Assembly (NCBI GenBank): GCA_964549685.1
Contig: CAZJVE010000002.1
Span: 1 to 64,000, forward strand
Length of the DNA: 64,000 nt
Direction of reading: 5' to 3'
Origin: an uncultured archaeon
GTDB taxonomy: Archaea > Altiarchaeota > Altiarchaeia > IMC4 > QMZM01
Of the stretch, positions 38,977 to 48,483 are shown in pieces. Numbering within the stretch: position 1 is the stretch's first letter; the number at the start of each line of letters is the position of its first letter. The position numbers and the translations under genes are program-made. A model generated the notes under the pieces. The model made no database searches. It saw nothing but the letters and a program-made list of their open reading frames with translations, and had not been told where the DNA came from.

Positions 38977-39951
38977 TTAACCCTCTCTCCTTTCCCTGTG
39001 TCTGGGCTCGAGTTCGTTCTCCTTGGCGAACTGGTCCAGTATTCCTCCCACCTTCACTTTCCTTGTGAGGTAGTCGGCAATCCTGACGGGGTACAGCTGC
39101 GGGTGGAGGAGGTCGTCCTCCCTAGCCCAGATTGCGACGAGGTTCTCCAAATCAGGGACGAAATCGGGGTATGCGAACTCCCACTTTACTGTGAGGGGGC
39201 TGCTCTTTCTGGAGGGAACATAGCTCAGCGCCTTCGAGGGCAGTTTCACATAGCAAATATTGACGCCGTCCTGCTCCTGCACCACGAACTCGTTCTCCTC
39301 GAGGGCGAGGTCGAACACCGCGATGTCCGTCAGCTTGGTTCCAAGGGACCTGGCGATTCCTACTGATGCAGAGTCCTCGACCATGCCGACGAGCCTTCCG
39401 GAATCCCTCAGCTTGTTGTAGAGGTTCATCAGCGTTTCACTGCCCTTGATTCTCTTGAGAACGGTGGAGATGCTGCCGTCGAGGAGGAGGTAGTCTGCAT
39501 TGGAATCCATCTCCTTGAAGGAGTCCAACAATGATTTGTATTCATATGCGACTCTAATAATATTTGAATTCTCCTCAATTCCATCATGGTTTTCAAATTT
39601 TCCGATGTCGAGAGTTGAGTTGTACTGCAGGTCCCTGTAAAGTATCTTCCTGCCGCCGACCAGCGGGTCTTCATGCATCGAGTTGTCGAAGATTCCGAAA
39701 AGGCTCACGGCATGAATCGCCCAGAGGGCTGCGAACCTCATCTCCTTGGACACAATGGATGAGTCGACTGCCAGAATCCTGGTCTCCCCTTCCTGAGCCC
39801 CGGGGTTCAGCTTCTTTATCGCGAACTGCGCCGATACTGCATCCCTCAGCTCTGCAGAATCAACATCTATGTGAATGGACTCTTTCAGTTTCAGAAACTT
39901 GTCCTCCAGAATCTCAGCATTAAAATCAAAATCAGGTGTTAGTTCCTTCAT
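38977..39951 (-). CDS. nurA: NurA-family nuclease
   Basis: ILAVDSS, LLLDGSI, VGMVEDS, YPVRIAD; start overlaps the end of the upstream ATPase gene. Confidence 0.8.
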   Translation of the reverse strand: MKELTPDFDFNAEILEDKFLKLKESIHIDVDSAELRDAVSAQFAIKKLNPGAQEGETRILAVDSSIVSKEMRFAALWAIHAVSLFGIFDNSMHEDPLVGGRKILYRDLQYNSTLDIGKFENHDGIEENSNIIRVAYEYKSLLDSFKEMDSNADYLLLDGSISTVLKRIKGSETLMNLYNKLRDSGRLVGMVEDSASVGIARSLGTKLTDIAVFDLALEENEFVVQEQDGVNICYVKLPSKALSYVPSRKSSPLTVKWEFAYPDFVPDLENLVAIWAREDDLLHPQLYPVRIADYLTRKVKVGGILDQFAKENELEPRHRERREG

Positions 39952-42900
39952 TCTTTCCGCTCTCAGCCTCCTTCAGCTCCTTGTCTATCGCCTCTCTCCT
40001 GGCCCTCAGATCGTCCATCTTCTTCCACTCTTCTTCCATCTGCGTGAAGATCTCCCAGCCCTCGCCCTTACCTTCCAGCTCGCCGATTTTCTTCTTCTCC
40101 GCCTCTATCTCCTGCTCTACCCTCTGTTTTTTCATTCTCAACTCCTCTATATTCGCTGCAGGGACCTCAACTCCCTCTGGCTTGGCCTCTTCTGGTTTCG
40201 GTGCAGTGCTAGGAGCGGCCTCTTTAACCGGAGCTGCCGTGGTTGTCGATGGCGCAGACACCTCTGACTCCAGACCAGATCTGATTTTTGCCAGCTCCTT
40301 CTCCAGGGCCTCCCTCTCTGCCCTCATATCGTCCATCATCTTCCACTCCTGCTCCATCTTCTGGAAGTCATCCCAGCCGACGTCTCCCTTCTTCGGTTTC
40401 TTATCCCCCAACTCCTCTTTCTTCCCCTCGAGCTCCGTTATCTTCACCTCCCGCTCGATTATGCCCTTCCACTTGTCCTTCATTTCCTTCAGCTCGTCAT
40501 GGAGCTTATCCTTATCCTCTACGAGACCCTTTCTCTCCTCCCTCACCTTGATCTTACTTTGCTTCCTCTCGGCATCGAGCCTCTTCTGCAGCTCTTCGTC
40601 GCTCTTCTTCAGGCCCTCCCTCTTGGTGGCGTCTTCTTCCAGTGCAACCTGGCCAAGAATATCCTTCCTCTTCGCGATTCCGCTCTGGATTTCACCGACC
40701 ATCTTCTGCGCTACCTTCTCCTCCTTGGCGCCTATCTCCTTGTCCATCTGAAGAATCATCTCCTTGTCCCTGCTTATCATCTCTCTGCGCTCTCCAATCA
40801 TCTTCTCCGCCTTCTTCAGGGCGTCCTCCTTTTTCTGTGCATCTTCCTTTAACCTCTGCTCCTCCTCCACCTGCTTCTTCTTCTCCTGTTCAATCTCTGT
40901 CGTCTTCATATCGCTGAGTTCCTTCAGCTTCTCCTCCCCGATTCTCAGCTTCTCCTTCTCCTTGAGGGCAACCTCCTCCCTGAGTATCTTTATCTTCTTG
41001 TGCTTCTTCAGGAGCTCCAGAACCTGGGCCCTGCTCTTGAGCTTTATCTCCTCGGCCTCGAGCTCACCTATTATCTTCTCTTCGTCCTCCCTCAGTTTCC
41101 TCTTCTCCTCCTCTATCTTCCTCATGGTCTCTTCCTGCTTCTGCCTGAGACTCGTCTCCCTATCACCTATCCTCTTCTCCTCTTTGTCCAGGATTGCAGA
41201 GAGTTCCCTCTCGTACGCCTTTATCTCTTCATCCCTCTTTGCGTCCCACTCGGATTTTATGGCCCGCTCCTCCTCGGAAATCTTGCCTGTCTTCAGCCTC
41301 TCAACATAATCCTCTATCCTCTCTGCGAGAGAATCGATGTAGAGGTCGACAATGCCGAACGAGCCGCCCTTTATGTTGTCTATGGCAAGCTTCATCTCCA
41401 ACTCTATGTCGAAGATGTCCAGCTCCGCCTTCCTGAGGGTTTCGAGCTTAGGCATGAATCCATCAATCTTTTCGTTATACTTCGCATACTGTCCAAGCTT
41501 TTCGTTGGACATGCTGTTCGCGTTGTGAAGGGCCGGCCTGAAGCTTACAAAGTAGGGGTTGCCCTTGTTGTATTCAGGATTCTGCAGCATGCCCTCCCCG
41601 ACATTGGCCTTGACCACTGACTGGTAGATGTAGCCTCCATACTTCAGGTTTATCCTGTCCAGATCCTCCTTGTACCGGGTCTGCATCTGAATCTCCGTCC
41701 CTATGTTTGCCTTTATCTGGCCTATGAAGTCCTTTAGAACTTGTGATATGAGAATCACGCCGATTCCGAAGCGCCTGAATTCCCTCACGGCCTTCTCTAT
41801 CTGGACGAAGCCCTTGCCGACCCCGCCGAACTTCGGCAGAATCCTGTGAATCTCGTCAAACACCAGGATTACCTTGAGCTTTGGGCTGTCACCGAACTTT
41901 GCGCTGAATATGTCCTCTATAGCATTCGATATGAACACCTCCATGTCGGGATTGTTCAGCTCCCTCATGTAGAAGACGCTTATCTCTCCGGGATGTATGT
42001 GGTGCTTCAGGTCTATCCTCTGGTTGGCGTCTTTTATCGCATAAACGTTGCCCTTGAAGGCCTTCGCGTCTGCATTCTTCATCTTGTAGTTGCCATACCT
42101 CTTGAACATCTCATCATCCTTGTTTGGCTCCAGGAAGCCGGTCCACTGGGCGGTGGGGTCGAACACTATAACGGAGACGTCGCTCTTCATCAGCGCCTCC
42201 TCGACGAGCACCTGGGCAGAGTGGGTCTTTCCGCAGCCAGTTGTTCCTGCCATTAGGGTATGTGATGCAAGCGAATCCAGATAGAGATAAGCGTCGGCGT
42301 TCATCTCCGCTATCTTCCCCATGTATCCTGATTTCGGACCCTTGTGCGGAAGCGCGTCAAATTTGATTGACTCCAGATACCTCTTCCTCCTTTCACGCCC
42401 CTTTTTGTACCTCCCGTAAAAGGACATGAGGATTCCAAGCGCGATGAGCAGGAAGAACCCCAGTACTATCCTGGCGCCCGTAATCTCTGCGATAATCGGG
42501 TCAAGCCTGTCAATAAGTGACCTTCTGATAGTAAGCTTCTCGACGTCGCTCGCCTTCGCTGTTTTGTTCCCCTCCCCCGTATAATAGAGAACCCCAGTAA
42601 TCTCATATTCCGTGTCCACAACCTCCCAGGGGATTATCAGTTCAGTGCTTGTTTCAAGCACGACGTTCTCCGGCAGTATGATTCCGCTTTCCTTCTTGAC
42701 CACAATGGTGCCCATTGCTGGGTCCTTCATTATCACTTCCAGGAGGGTTTCCGTCCTTCTCTGGACCAGGTTGGATATCTTGGACCTGACGACGACGGTG
42801 CCCCCTGGTTTGTTCTCAATACTGTCCAGCCCTATATCCAGGTCCAGGGAGACCTCCGTCACAACCTCGAGGACCTCGAGTTTTAGCGGTATCGTCCTTA

Positions 42901-43261
42901 CCTTTCCGTTAACGTTTATGAGTACGTCTCCCTCATAGAGCCCTGGGTTGGAATTCTTGTTTATGTAGCCCCTTACTCTCAGATATCCCGTCTCATTGGG
43001 TGCTATCCTGACGTAACCCTTCTCTATCTCAGGGACTATATTCTTAATCCCCTGGCTTATGGAAGAAACCTCGACAAGTATCCCTTCATCGTCGTTGTTC
43101 GTTATGGTCAGCAGACTGTCGACAAAATCCCCCGCATATTCCCTTACAGATATATTGCTGGGCGTTATCTCCACCGACTGCCCGGATACAGAGGCAATAC
43201 TAACCAGAAGTAGGAGCGCAACCAAAAATCCTGTGTTTAATCTGTTATTGTGAATATGCAT
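39932..43261 (-). CDS. Membrane-anchored HerA/FtsK-superfamily (DUF87) ATPase with extracellular Ig-like domains and C-terminal coiled coil
   Basis: Signal peptide; beta-rich ectodomain; TM IVLGFFLLIALGILMSFY followed by RYKKGRERRKR; Walker A GTTGCGKT; VFDPT; Walker B ILVFDE; REFRRFGIGVILISQ. Confidence 0.88.
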   Translation of the reverse strand: MHIHNNRLNTGFLVALLLLVSIASVSGQSVEITPSNISVREYAGDFVDSLLTITNNDDEGILVEVSSISQGIKNIVPEIEKGYVRIAPNETGYLRVRGYINKNSNPGLYEGDVLINVNGKVRTIPLKLEVLEVVTEVSLDLDIGLDSIENKPGGTVVVRSKISNLVQRRTETLLEVIMKDPAMGTIVVKKESGIILPENVVLETSTELIIPWEVVDTEYEITGVLYYTGEGNKTAKASDVEKLTIRRSLIDRLDPIIAEITGARIVLGFFLLIALGILMSFYGRYKKGRERRKRYLESIKFDALPHKGPKSGYMGKIAEMNADAYLYLDSLASHTLMAGTTGCGKTHSAQVLVEEALMKSDVSVIVFDPTAQWTGFLEPNKDDEMFKRYGNYKMKNADAKAFKGNVYAIKDANQRIDLKHHIHPGEISVFYMRELNNPDMEVFISNAIEDIFSAKFGDSPKLKVILVFDEIHRILPKFGGVGKGFVQIEKAVREFRRFGIGVILISQVLKDFIGQIKANIGTEIQMQTRYKEDLDRINLKYGGYIYQSVVKANVGEGMLQNPEYNKGNPYFVSFRPALHNANSMSNEKLGQYAKYNEKIDGFMPKLETLRKAELDIFDIELEMKLAIDNIKGGSFGIVDLYIDSLAERIEDYVERLKTGKISEEERAIKSEWDAKRDEEIKAYERELSAILDKEEKRIGDRETSLRQKQEETMRKIEEEKRKLREDEEKIIGELEAEEIKLKSRAQVLELLKKHKKIKILREEVALKEKEKLRIGEEKLKELSDMKTTEIEQEKKKQVEEEQRLKEDAQKKEDALKKAEKMIGERREMISRDKEMILQMDKEIGAKEEKVAQKMVGEIQSGIAKRKDILGQVALEEDATKREGLKKSDEELQKRLDAERKQSKIKVREERKGLVEDKDKLHDELKEMKDKWKGIIEREVKITELEGKKEELGDKKPKKGDVGWDDFQKMEQEWKMMDDMRAEREALEKELAKIRSGLESEVSAPSTTTAAPVKEAAPSTAPKPEEAKPEGVEVPAANIEELRMKKQRVEQEIEAEKKKIGELEGKGEGWEIFTQMEEEWKKMDDLRARREAIDKELKEAESGKNEGTNT

Positions 43262-43301
43262 TGTAGCCTGATTGGTTGAATTCCGCCACGGAAGTCATGC
43301 G

Positions 43302-44027
43302 TTATTCCTTTGCACCATCTTCCTTCAATAGAGTGAATGGAACCTCTTTCGAGGATATCGAAACTCCCTCAGATGTGATGGTGACCGGCCTTATGTCCGA
43401 AACTATCTTCGTACCCCGTATTTTCACAACCCAGATACATCGCTCATTATTGGCTCTATATCTCGACCAGAACATTATTATGAGGCCATCGGATAGAAAG
43501 TGCTCTGCCCCGTATCTCAGCTTCAGAAAGCTCTCCGAGAGCTCCGCGGTCATTAAAGTCGTGCACTTGTTCTTCCTCATCATCTCAAGGAATCTCAGCA
43601 TATGGATTCTCCTGGAGGCTTCCTCCTTGAAGAGGTAGTTGAAGAGAGTTACTGAATCGAGGACCATCCTGCTGGCCTGGGTCTCCTTTATTACGTCTCT
43701 TAGAATTCCAAAGTCCATGCCCAGGTCCATATCGGTTCCTTCAAAAATCTCTCTCCCGAGAATGGCTATCTTCCCGGCATCCTCGTACTCCCTTACGTTC
43801 CACCCAAATCCTGCCGCATAGTTTTCCACGTCCTCTACGGTATCCTCTACCGTTATGTAAACGCCTGGGTCATCATACTTGGCAACTCCGTTGTAGATGT
43901 ACTGCATTGCAAGATTACTCTTTCCTATCCCTGGAGGCCCAGAAATAACGGTAGTGCTGCCCTTGGGCAGACCCCCGTCCATCATATCGTCGAGCCCGGG
44001 AATTCCGGTCTTTAGCTTTTCTACCAT
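43302..44027 (-). CDS. Single-domain KaiC-like (RAD55/RecA-superfamily) ATPase
   Basis: KTGIPGLD..GGLP, GPPGIGKS, YITVED, VLDSV, VVKIRGT. Confidence 0.92.
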   Translation of the reverse strand: MVEKLKTGIPGLDDMMDGGLPKGSTTVISGPPGIGKSNLAMQYIYNGVAKYDDPGVYITVEDTVEDVENYAAGFGWNVREYEDAGKIAILGREIFEGTDMDLGMDFGILRDVIKETQASRMVLDSVTLFNYLFKEEASRRIHMLRFLEMMRKNKCTTLMTAELSESFLKLRYGAEHFLSDGLIIMFWSRYRANNERCIWVVKIRGTKIVSDIRPVTITSEGVSISSKEVPFTLLKEDGAKE

Positions 44028-44065
44028 TTTAACACCGTATTATTTTATTAACAGGATACTTTATA

Positions 44066-44947
44066 TCATATCTCCGTCCTGAGGACGTTCATCTCTCTCT
44101 TCAGGAGATGGAGTTGCTGGGTATCTATCGTTGAAGGGTCCAGGGGGACTATGAGCCTTGAATTGCTCATGGAGATGCTGTCCTTCAGGGACTGGACGAA
44201 CTGCAGAATCTCCTTGTAGCCGTTCTGGACTATTAAATATTCAAGGCCGTCGAGCATTATAACGCTTTCACCGACCTCCTTCATGAATTCCTTCATCGTG
44301 TGGCTCAATTCCAGCAGGTCCGTTGGCTCGATGTTCTTCTCCTCCGTCTTCTCCCTTGTCAGCCAGATTATCGGCGTTCTCTCGAGCTCGTACACCTGCC
44401 TTATCTGCGCCGGGTTCTGTCTCGTTATGTAAAGGCCGCTGATTCCGTGGGTTACTAAATCGACAAAAATTTCATTGCTCTTGATTGGCTTTTCCTCATT
44501 GACCATGTAGGTCTTGCCCTCGTCCAGCCTGTGCCTCATCTTCGCATAGCTTCTCCTCTCCGCTACTGCCTTTATGGGCGCGAACTCATACTTCTTCCCC
44601 TCCTCCATCGGCGAGTAGAGGAGATAGGCCCCCACGGTCATCGAAATGGCCACAATGGTCCTGCCGACCACGCTCATAAGCTGGATTACGGGGTCGCTGC
44701 TGAAAATCAGATAGATGCTCGATATGTTAAACAGCAGGATTCCAAGCACTCCAATAAAGAGCCAGGTCCATGCCCTGGATCCCTTCGCGCCCTTGGTGTA
44801 CAGCTTCCTGTAGAGCTTAATCCAGATAACGACGGCAAGAAGCGAGATTACCACTGCGAATATGTTAGTCAGAAATTCCGTGGTGGGGAAGACCTCCCCC
44901 ATAACAGATATCACCTTCCCTAAAACAGGCATCGTTGTCCCATCCAT
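44066..44947 (-). CDS. Membrane protein with C-terminal DUF835 (inactive KaiC-like) domain
   Basis: Three TM helices, then GLYITRQNP...IIWLT...IEPTDL...VIMLDGLEYLIVQNG. Confidence 0.9.
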   Translation of the reverse strand: MDGTTMPVLGKVISVMGEVFPTTEFLTNIFAVVISLLAVVIWIKLYRKLYTKGAKGSRAWTWLFIGVLGILLFNISSIYLIFSSDPVIQLMSVVGRTIVAISMTVGAYLLYSPMEEGKKYEFAPIKAVAERRSYAKMRHRLDEGKTYMVNEEKPIKSNEIFVDLVTHGISGLYITRQNPAQIRQVYELERTPIIWLTREKTEEKNIEPTDLLELSHTMKEFMKEVGESVIMLDGLEYLIVQNGYKEILQFVQSLKDSISMSNSRLIVPLDPSTIDTQQLHLLKREMNVLRTEI

Positions 44948-45004
44948 GGGGCACCTCTTTATTAAGCTTAATAGTAAGTAATATTACATCAGACCCCTAT
45001 AAAA

Positions 45005-46240
45005 ATGTGCCTATCGATAGCGGAAGAGCAACTTATCGAGCTCGCTAAACGGTTTGGAACTCCCCTTTACGTCTATAGCGAAAGCAGAATCAGGGAGAAT
45101 TTCCGGGAATTCAAGGCCGCCTTTCCTAATGCAAAGGTATGCTACGCCTACAAGGCAAACACATCTCTTGCCATATGCAACATCCTGCGCCAAGAAGGGG
45201 CATCTGCCGATGTGGTATCAACAGGCGAGCTCAGGACGGCCCTCAAGGCCGGCGTAAAGCCCGAGGACATAATTTTTACGAATAATGCAAAGACAAGAGA
45301 GGAACTGGAATTTGCAATTGATTATGGAGCCATCATCGATGTGGATTCACTGGATGAGTTGAATTCCATTGCCGAGATTGGCAAGCCTGCAAAAATCTCC
45401 TTCCGCGTGAATCCCGCAGTCGACCCGAAGACTCACCCGAAGATAGCCACTGGCATGAAGGGTTCGAAGTTTGGATTGCATCTGGAGAAGGACATCGCGC
45501 TGGAGGCATGTAAGAAAGCCAGCCAGCTCGACAACATAACAATCGTTGGAGTGCAGATGCACATCGGCTCTCAGATAACGGACATGACTGCCTTTGAGGA
45601 TGCTACCAAAAAGCTCATGGACTTCGTGCTGCAGCTGAAGGAGTTGGACATAACCCTAAAGTTCATCGACATCGGCGGAGGGCTCGGAATCTCCTACAAG
45701 GGAGAAGAAACCCCGAAGCCAAAGGACCTTGCAGACAAAGTCCTCCATATAATAAAAGAATATAATAATAAGCTTGGTTATGAGCCGGAGCTCTGGCTCG
45801 AGCCCGGCCGCTACCTTGTTGCTAATGCAGGGGTCCTCCTCTGCCAGGTGCAATCAGTCAAGAAGACCCCCTACAGGAATTTCGTTAATGTAGACTGCGG
45901 CTTCAACACCCTTGCAAGGCCGGCGATGTACGACTCCTTCCACCGCATCAAGGCCCTCGGCAAAACAGGAGCAGAAGAAACCTACGACATAGCCGGAAAC
46001 ATCTGCGAGTCAGGGGACATCCTTGGAAAGGACAGGCAGCTCCCTGCCCTGGAGCATGGAGACATTCTCGCAGTCCTGGACGCAGGGGCATACGGATTCT
46101 CCATGGCGAGCAGGTACAACGCAAGGCCCCGCCCGGCGGAAATCCTGGTCAGGGAGAATTCGACTGAAATCATCCGCGAGCGCGAGACCTGGGACGACCT
46201 CTGGAGAGGCGAGAAGGTCCCTGATGATTTGAATAGATAG
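45005..46240 (+). CDS. lysA: Diaminopimelate decarboxylase
   Basis: FGTPLYVY, YAYKAN, HIGSQ, DIGGG, EPGRY, GNICESGD, GAYG..M.SRYN.RP. Confidence 0.97.
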   Translation: MCLSIAEEQLIELAKRFGTPLYVYSESRIRENFREFKAAFPNAKVCYAYKANTSLAICNILRQEGASADVVSTGELRTALKAGVKPEDIIFTNNAKTREELEFAIDYGAIIDVDSLDELNSIAEIGKPAKISFRVNPAVDPKTHPKIATGMKGSKFGLHLEKDIALEACKKASQLDNITIVGVQMHIGSQITDMTAFEDATKKLMDFVLQLKELDITLKFIDIGGGLGISYKGEETPKPKDLADKVLHIIKEYNNKLGYEPELWLEPGRYLVANAGVLLCQVQSVKKTPYRNFVNVDCGFNTLARPAMYDSFHRIKALGKTGAEETYDIAGNICESGDILGKDRQLPALEHGDILAVLDAGAYGFSMASRYNARPRPAEILVRENSTEIIRERETWDDLWRGEKVPDDLNR

Positions 46241-46335
46241 TAGAGAATTATCTAGTTCTAGCTGGGGAATTCACGTGTCGTCGAGCCTATCATACGACCT
46301 GGGCGAAGACGGCACCCGGGTGTGAACTGACCGTG

Positions 46336-46396
46336 ACAGTTCAGCGCTCATAAGTTTCATCATAGCCGAAGCTCAGCTGCGCGTTGTCATCACTGT
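46336..46396 (-). ncRNA. Box C/D methylation guide sRNA, predicted to target C34 of a CAU-anticodon tRNA
   Basis: Minus strand: ACA-GUGAUGA(C)-CAACGCGCAG-CUGA(D')-GCUUCGGCU-AUGAUGA(C')-AACUUAUGAGCG-CUGA(D)-ACUGU; terminal stem; TTATATA about 25 nt upstream. Confidence 0.9.
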
Positions 46397-46430
46397 ATGA
46401 TATATAACAGCGATTGAATATATAATCGCG

Positions 46431-48482
46431 ATGAGTTCTATCGGGCCAAAAATTCTCTGGATATCGGTTCTGCTGATTCTGACCGCCTCTGCCACTACAG
46501 CCGAATGCGTAACCGACGGCGTTAACGACAACTGTCTCGCCGTTCTGGAATACGGGGACGGGAGCCTTGAGATAGACCCCGACAACCCTGAGAGCATATA
46601 CAAAGCCCTGAATCTCGTGAGCCCGGACTCACGCTCGCTGGACGAATTCCTCGGCACCGAGGAAGGCGAAGAGATAATAGCCCTGCTATTCGACCAGCCC
46701 CGCGGCCCCTGGAAGTACGGGAACTTTCTCCTGGACCCGAGGGGCGCAGACCTCGACCTCTATGCCGAGAAACTCTCTGGACTCATAAGCGAAGAGAACA
46801 AAGAGAAGTTCGAGGAATCGCCCTACGGCTACATCGTGAAGCTTCGGGAGGAACCGCTGAGTTCGTACGGAAAAATATCGACAGCTGAATTGAATTCTCA
46901 CAGGGATAATATTCTCGATTCCCACAAAATTGCACTGAATTACATAAATAATAATTTCCCCGACTCACGGGTAAGGCGTGAATTCACCAATGTCTTCAAC
47001 GGCATCTCCCTGGAAATCTCCGCCGATGAGGCGAAGCAGCTGAAGGGCCTCGACGTAGTCGAGGAAATCTATCCGATAAAGAGGATTCAAATCTCTCTGA
47101 CCGAGAGCGTTTCCATGATTAATGCGGATGATGCATGGGGCCTCCTTGATGACCTTGGAAAGAACGTTACCGGCAAGGGCATCCTCATAGCAATAGTCGA
47201 CACGGGGGTCGATTACACCCATACCGATTTCGGCGGCTGCCCCGCCGACTCCTACCTCTCTTGGGACTCCTGCCCCAAGGTCGCGGGGGGCTACGACTTC
47301 GTGAGTGATTTTGCCGACCCCATGGATGATGCAGGCCATGGAACGCACTGCGCCGGGATAGCGCTCTCCAACGGCTCCCTGAAAGGCGTTGCCCCGGATG
47401 CAAGGCTGCTGGCCTACAAGGTCCTTGACTCCGGAGGTGGAGGATATGACGACGACATCATAGCGGGAATAGAGCGGGCGGTCAATGAATCGGCCGATGT
47501 GATAAGCCTCAGTCTCGGGGGGAGCGGAAACCCCGACGATGCCCTGTCACAGGCCGTTGATAATGCTGCCAATGCCGGAGCGGTCGTAGTCGTTGCGGCG
47601 GGCAACAGCGGCCCGGATGCCAGAACCGTCGCATCTCCAGCCTGTGCCAGGAAGGCAATAACAATCGGGGCGACCTACAAGGAGAGCGATAATACCTCAA
47701 CATCCGAGCTGTACCTCTTGAACGGCACTGCAGCCGAGGAGATAGACTCACAACCGCTCGAAGAATCCGCACTAACGCCCGAGGGCGGGATAATGGCGGA
47801 GCTCCTCTTCGCATCCCTCGGCTATGCAGGAAATTTCACCGGCCAGAATTTCACGGGAAAGATTGCGCTGATTGGAAGAGGCGAATTCACCTTCCAGGCT
47901 AAGGTTCAGAATGCCTATGATGCCGGAGCCATCGGAACAATAATCTACAATAACGAACTCGGGAATTTCCTCGGAACCCTCGTAAACCAGTCGGAGATTC
48001 CGGCGGTCTCCATATCCCTGAGCGATGGCGCGCGCCTTCTGGGCCTTGTAAATAGCAGCACAGTGACCGTGAACCTGAGCGTTCTCAGCTACGAGGAATT
48101 AATAGCAGATTTCAGCTCGAGAGGCCCTGCATACATCTACAACAAGCCCGACCTGGTGGCTCCGGGAGCACTCATCTGCGCCTCGCAGTGGGACGACGTC
48201 TATTCGGACAGCCCCTGCTACGATTCAGAGCATGCCGCAATCTCGGGCACCTCCATGGCGACACCGCACGTTGCAGGAGCAGCAGCACTAATCCTGCAGA
48301 AGCATACTGGCTGGAGCCCTGACCATGTCAAGTACGCACTGCTGACTACTGCCAGGGACTATGGCTATGATGTCAATGCGCAGGGGGCGGGCCTCATCGA
48401 CGCCTACAAGGCGGTCAACCTCACAAACAAACCACCCATTGCAATCATCTCGAACATCACAGGACTCGAATACAGGACCTAG
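46431..48482 (+). CDS. Secreted S8 subtilase with I9 propeptide and PA domain
   Basis: Catalytic motifs IVDTGVD, HGTHCAG, AAGNSG, SGTSMATPHVAG. Confidence 0.95.
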   Translation: MSSIGPKILWISVLLILTASATTAECVTDGVNDNCLAVLEYGDGSLEIDPDNPESIYKALNLVSPDSRSLDEFLGTEEGEEIIALLFDQPRGPWKYGNFLLDPRGADLDLYAEKLSGLISEENKEKFEESPYGYIVKLREEPLSSYGKISTAELNSHRDNILDSHKIALNYINNNFPDSRVRREFTNVFNGISLEISADEAKQLKGLDVVEEIYPIKRIQISLTESVSMINADDAWGLLDDLGKNVTGKGILIAIVDTGVDYTHTDFGGCPADSYLSWDSCPKVAGGYDFVSDFADPMDDAGHGTHCAGIALSNGSLKGVAPDARLLAYKVLDSGGGGYDDDIIAGIERAVNESADVISLSLGGSGNPDDALSQAVDNAANAGAVVVVAAGNSGPDARTVASPACARKAITIGATYKESDNTSTSELYLLNGTAAEEIDSQPLEESALTPEGGIMAELLFASLGYAGNFTGQNFTGKIALIGRGEFTFQAKVQNAYDAGAIGTIIYNNELGNFLGTLVNQSEIPAVSISLSDGARLLGLVNSSTVTVNLSVLSYEELIADFSSRGPAYIYNKPDLVAPGALICASQWDDVYSDSPCYDSEHAAISGTSMATPHVAGAAALILQKHTGWSPDHVKYALLTTARDYGYDVNAQGAGLIDAYKAVNLTNKPPIAIISNITGLEYRT

Positions 48483-48483
48483 A

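Noticed and set aside
43302-44027. Circadian clock KaiC
   Set aside because: Single domain, no kaiA or kaiB nearby, and the canonical Ser-Thr phosphosite region reads EHFLSD.
46275-46316. Archaeal SECIS element after lysA
   Set aside because: The GAA bulge is on the 3' side rather than the 5' side, and the adjacent genes show no in-frame UGA. It is kept only as an unexplained hairpin.
48361-48483. Upstream start of the FG-GAP ORF, or a simple frameshift joining it to the subtilase
   Set aside because: The extra 41 codons overlap the protease gene and look non-coding. ATG 48484 gives a clean signal peptide with a lipobox, which argues for a separate gene.
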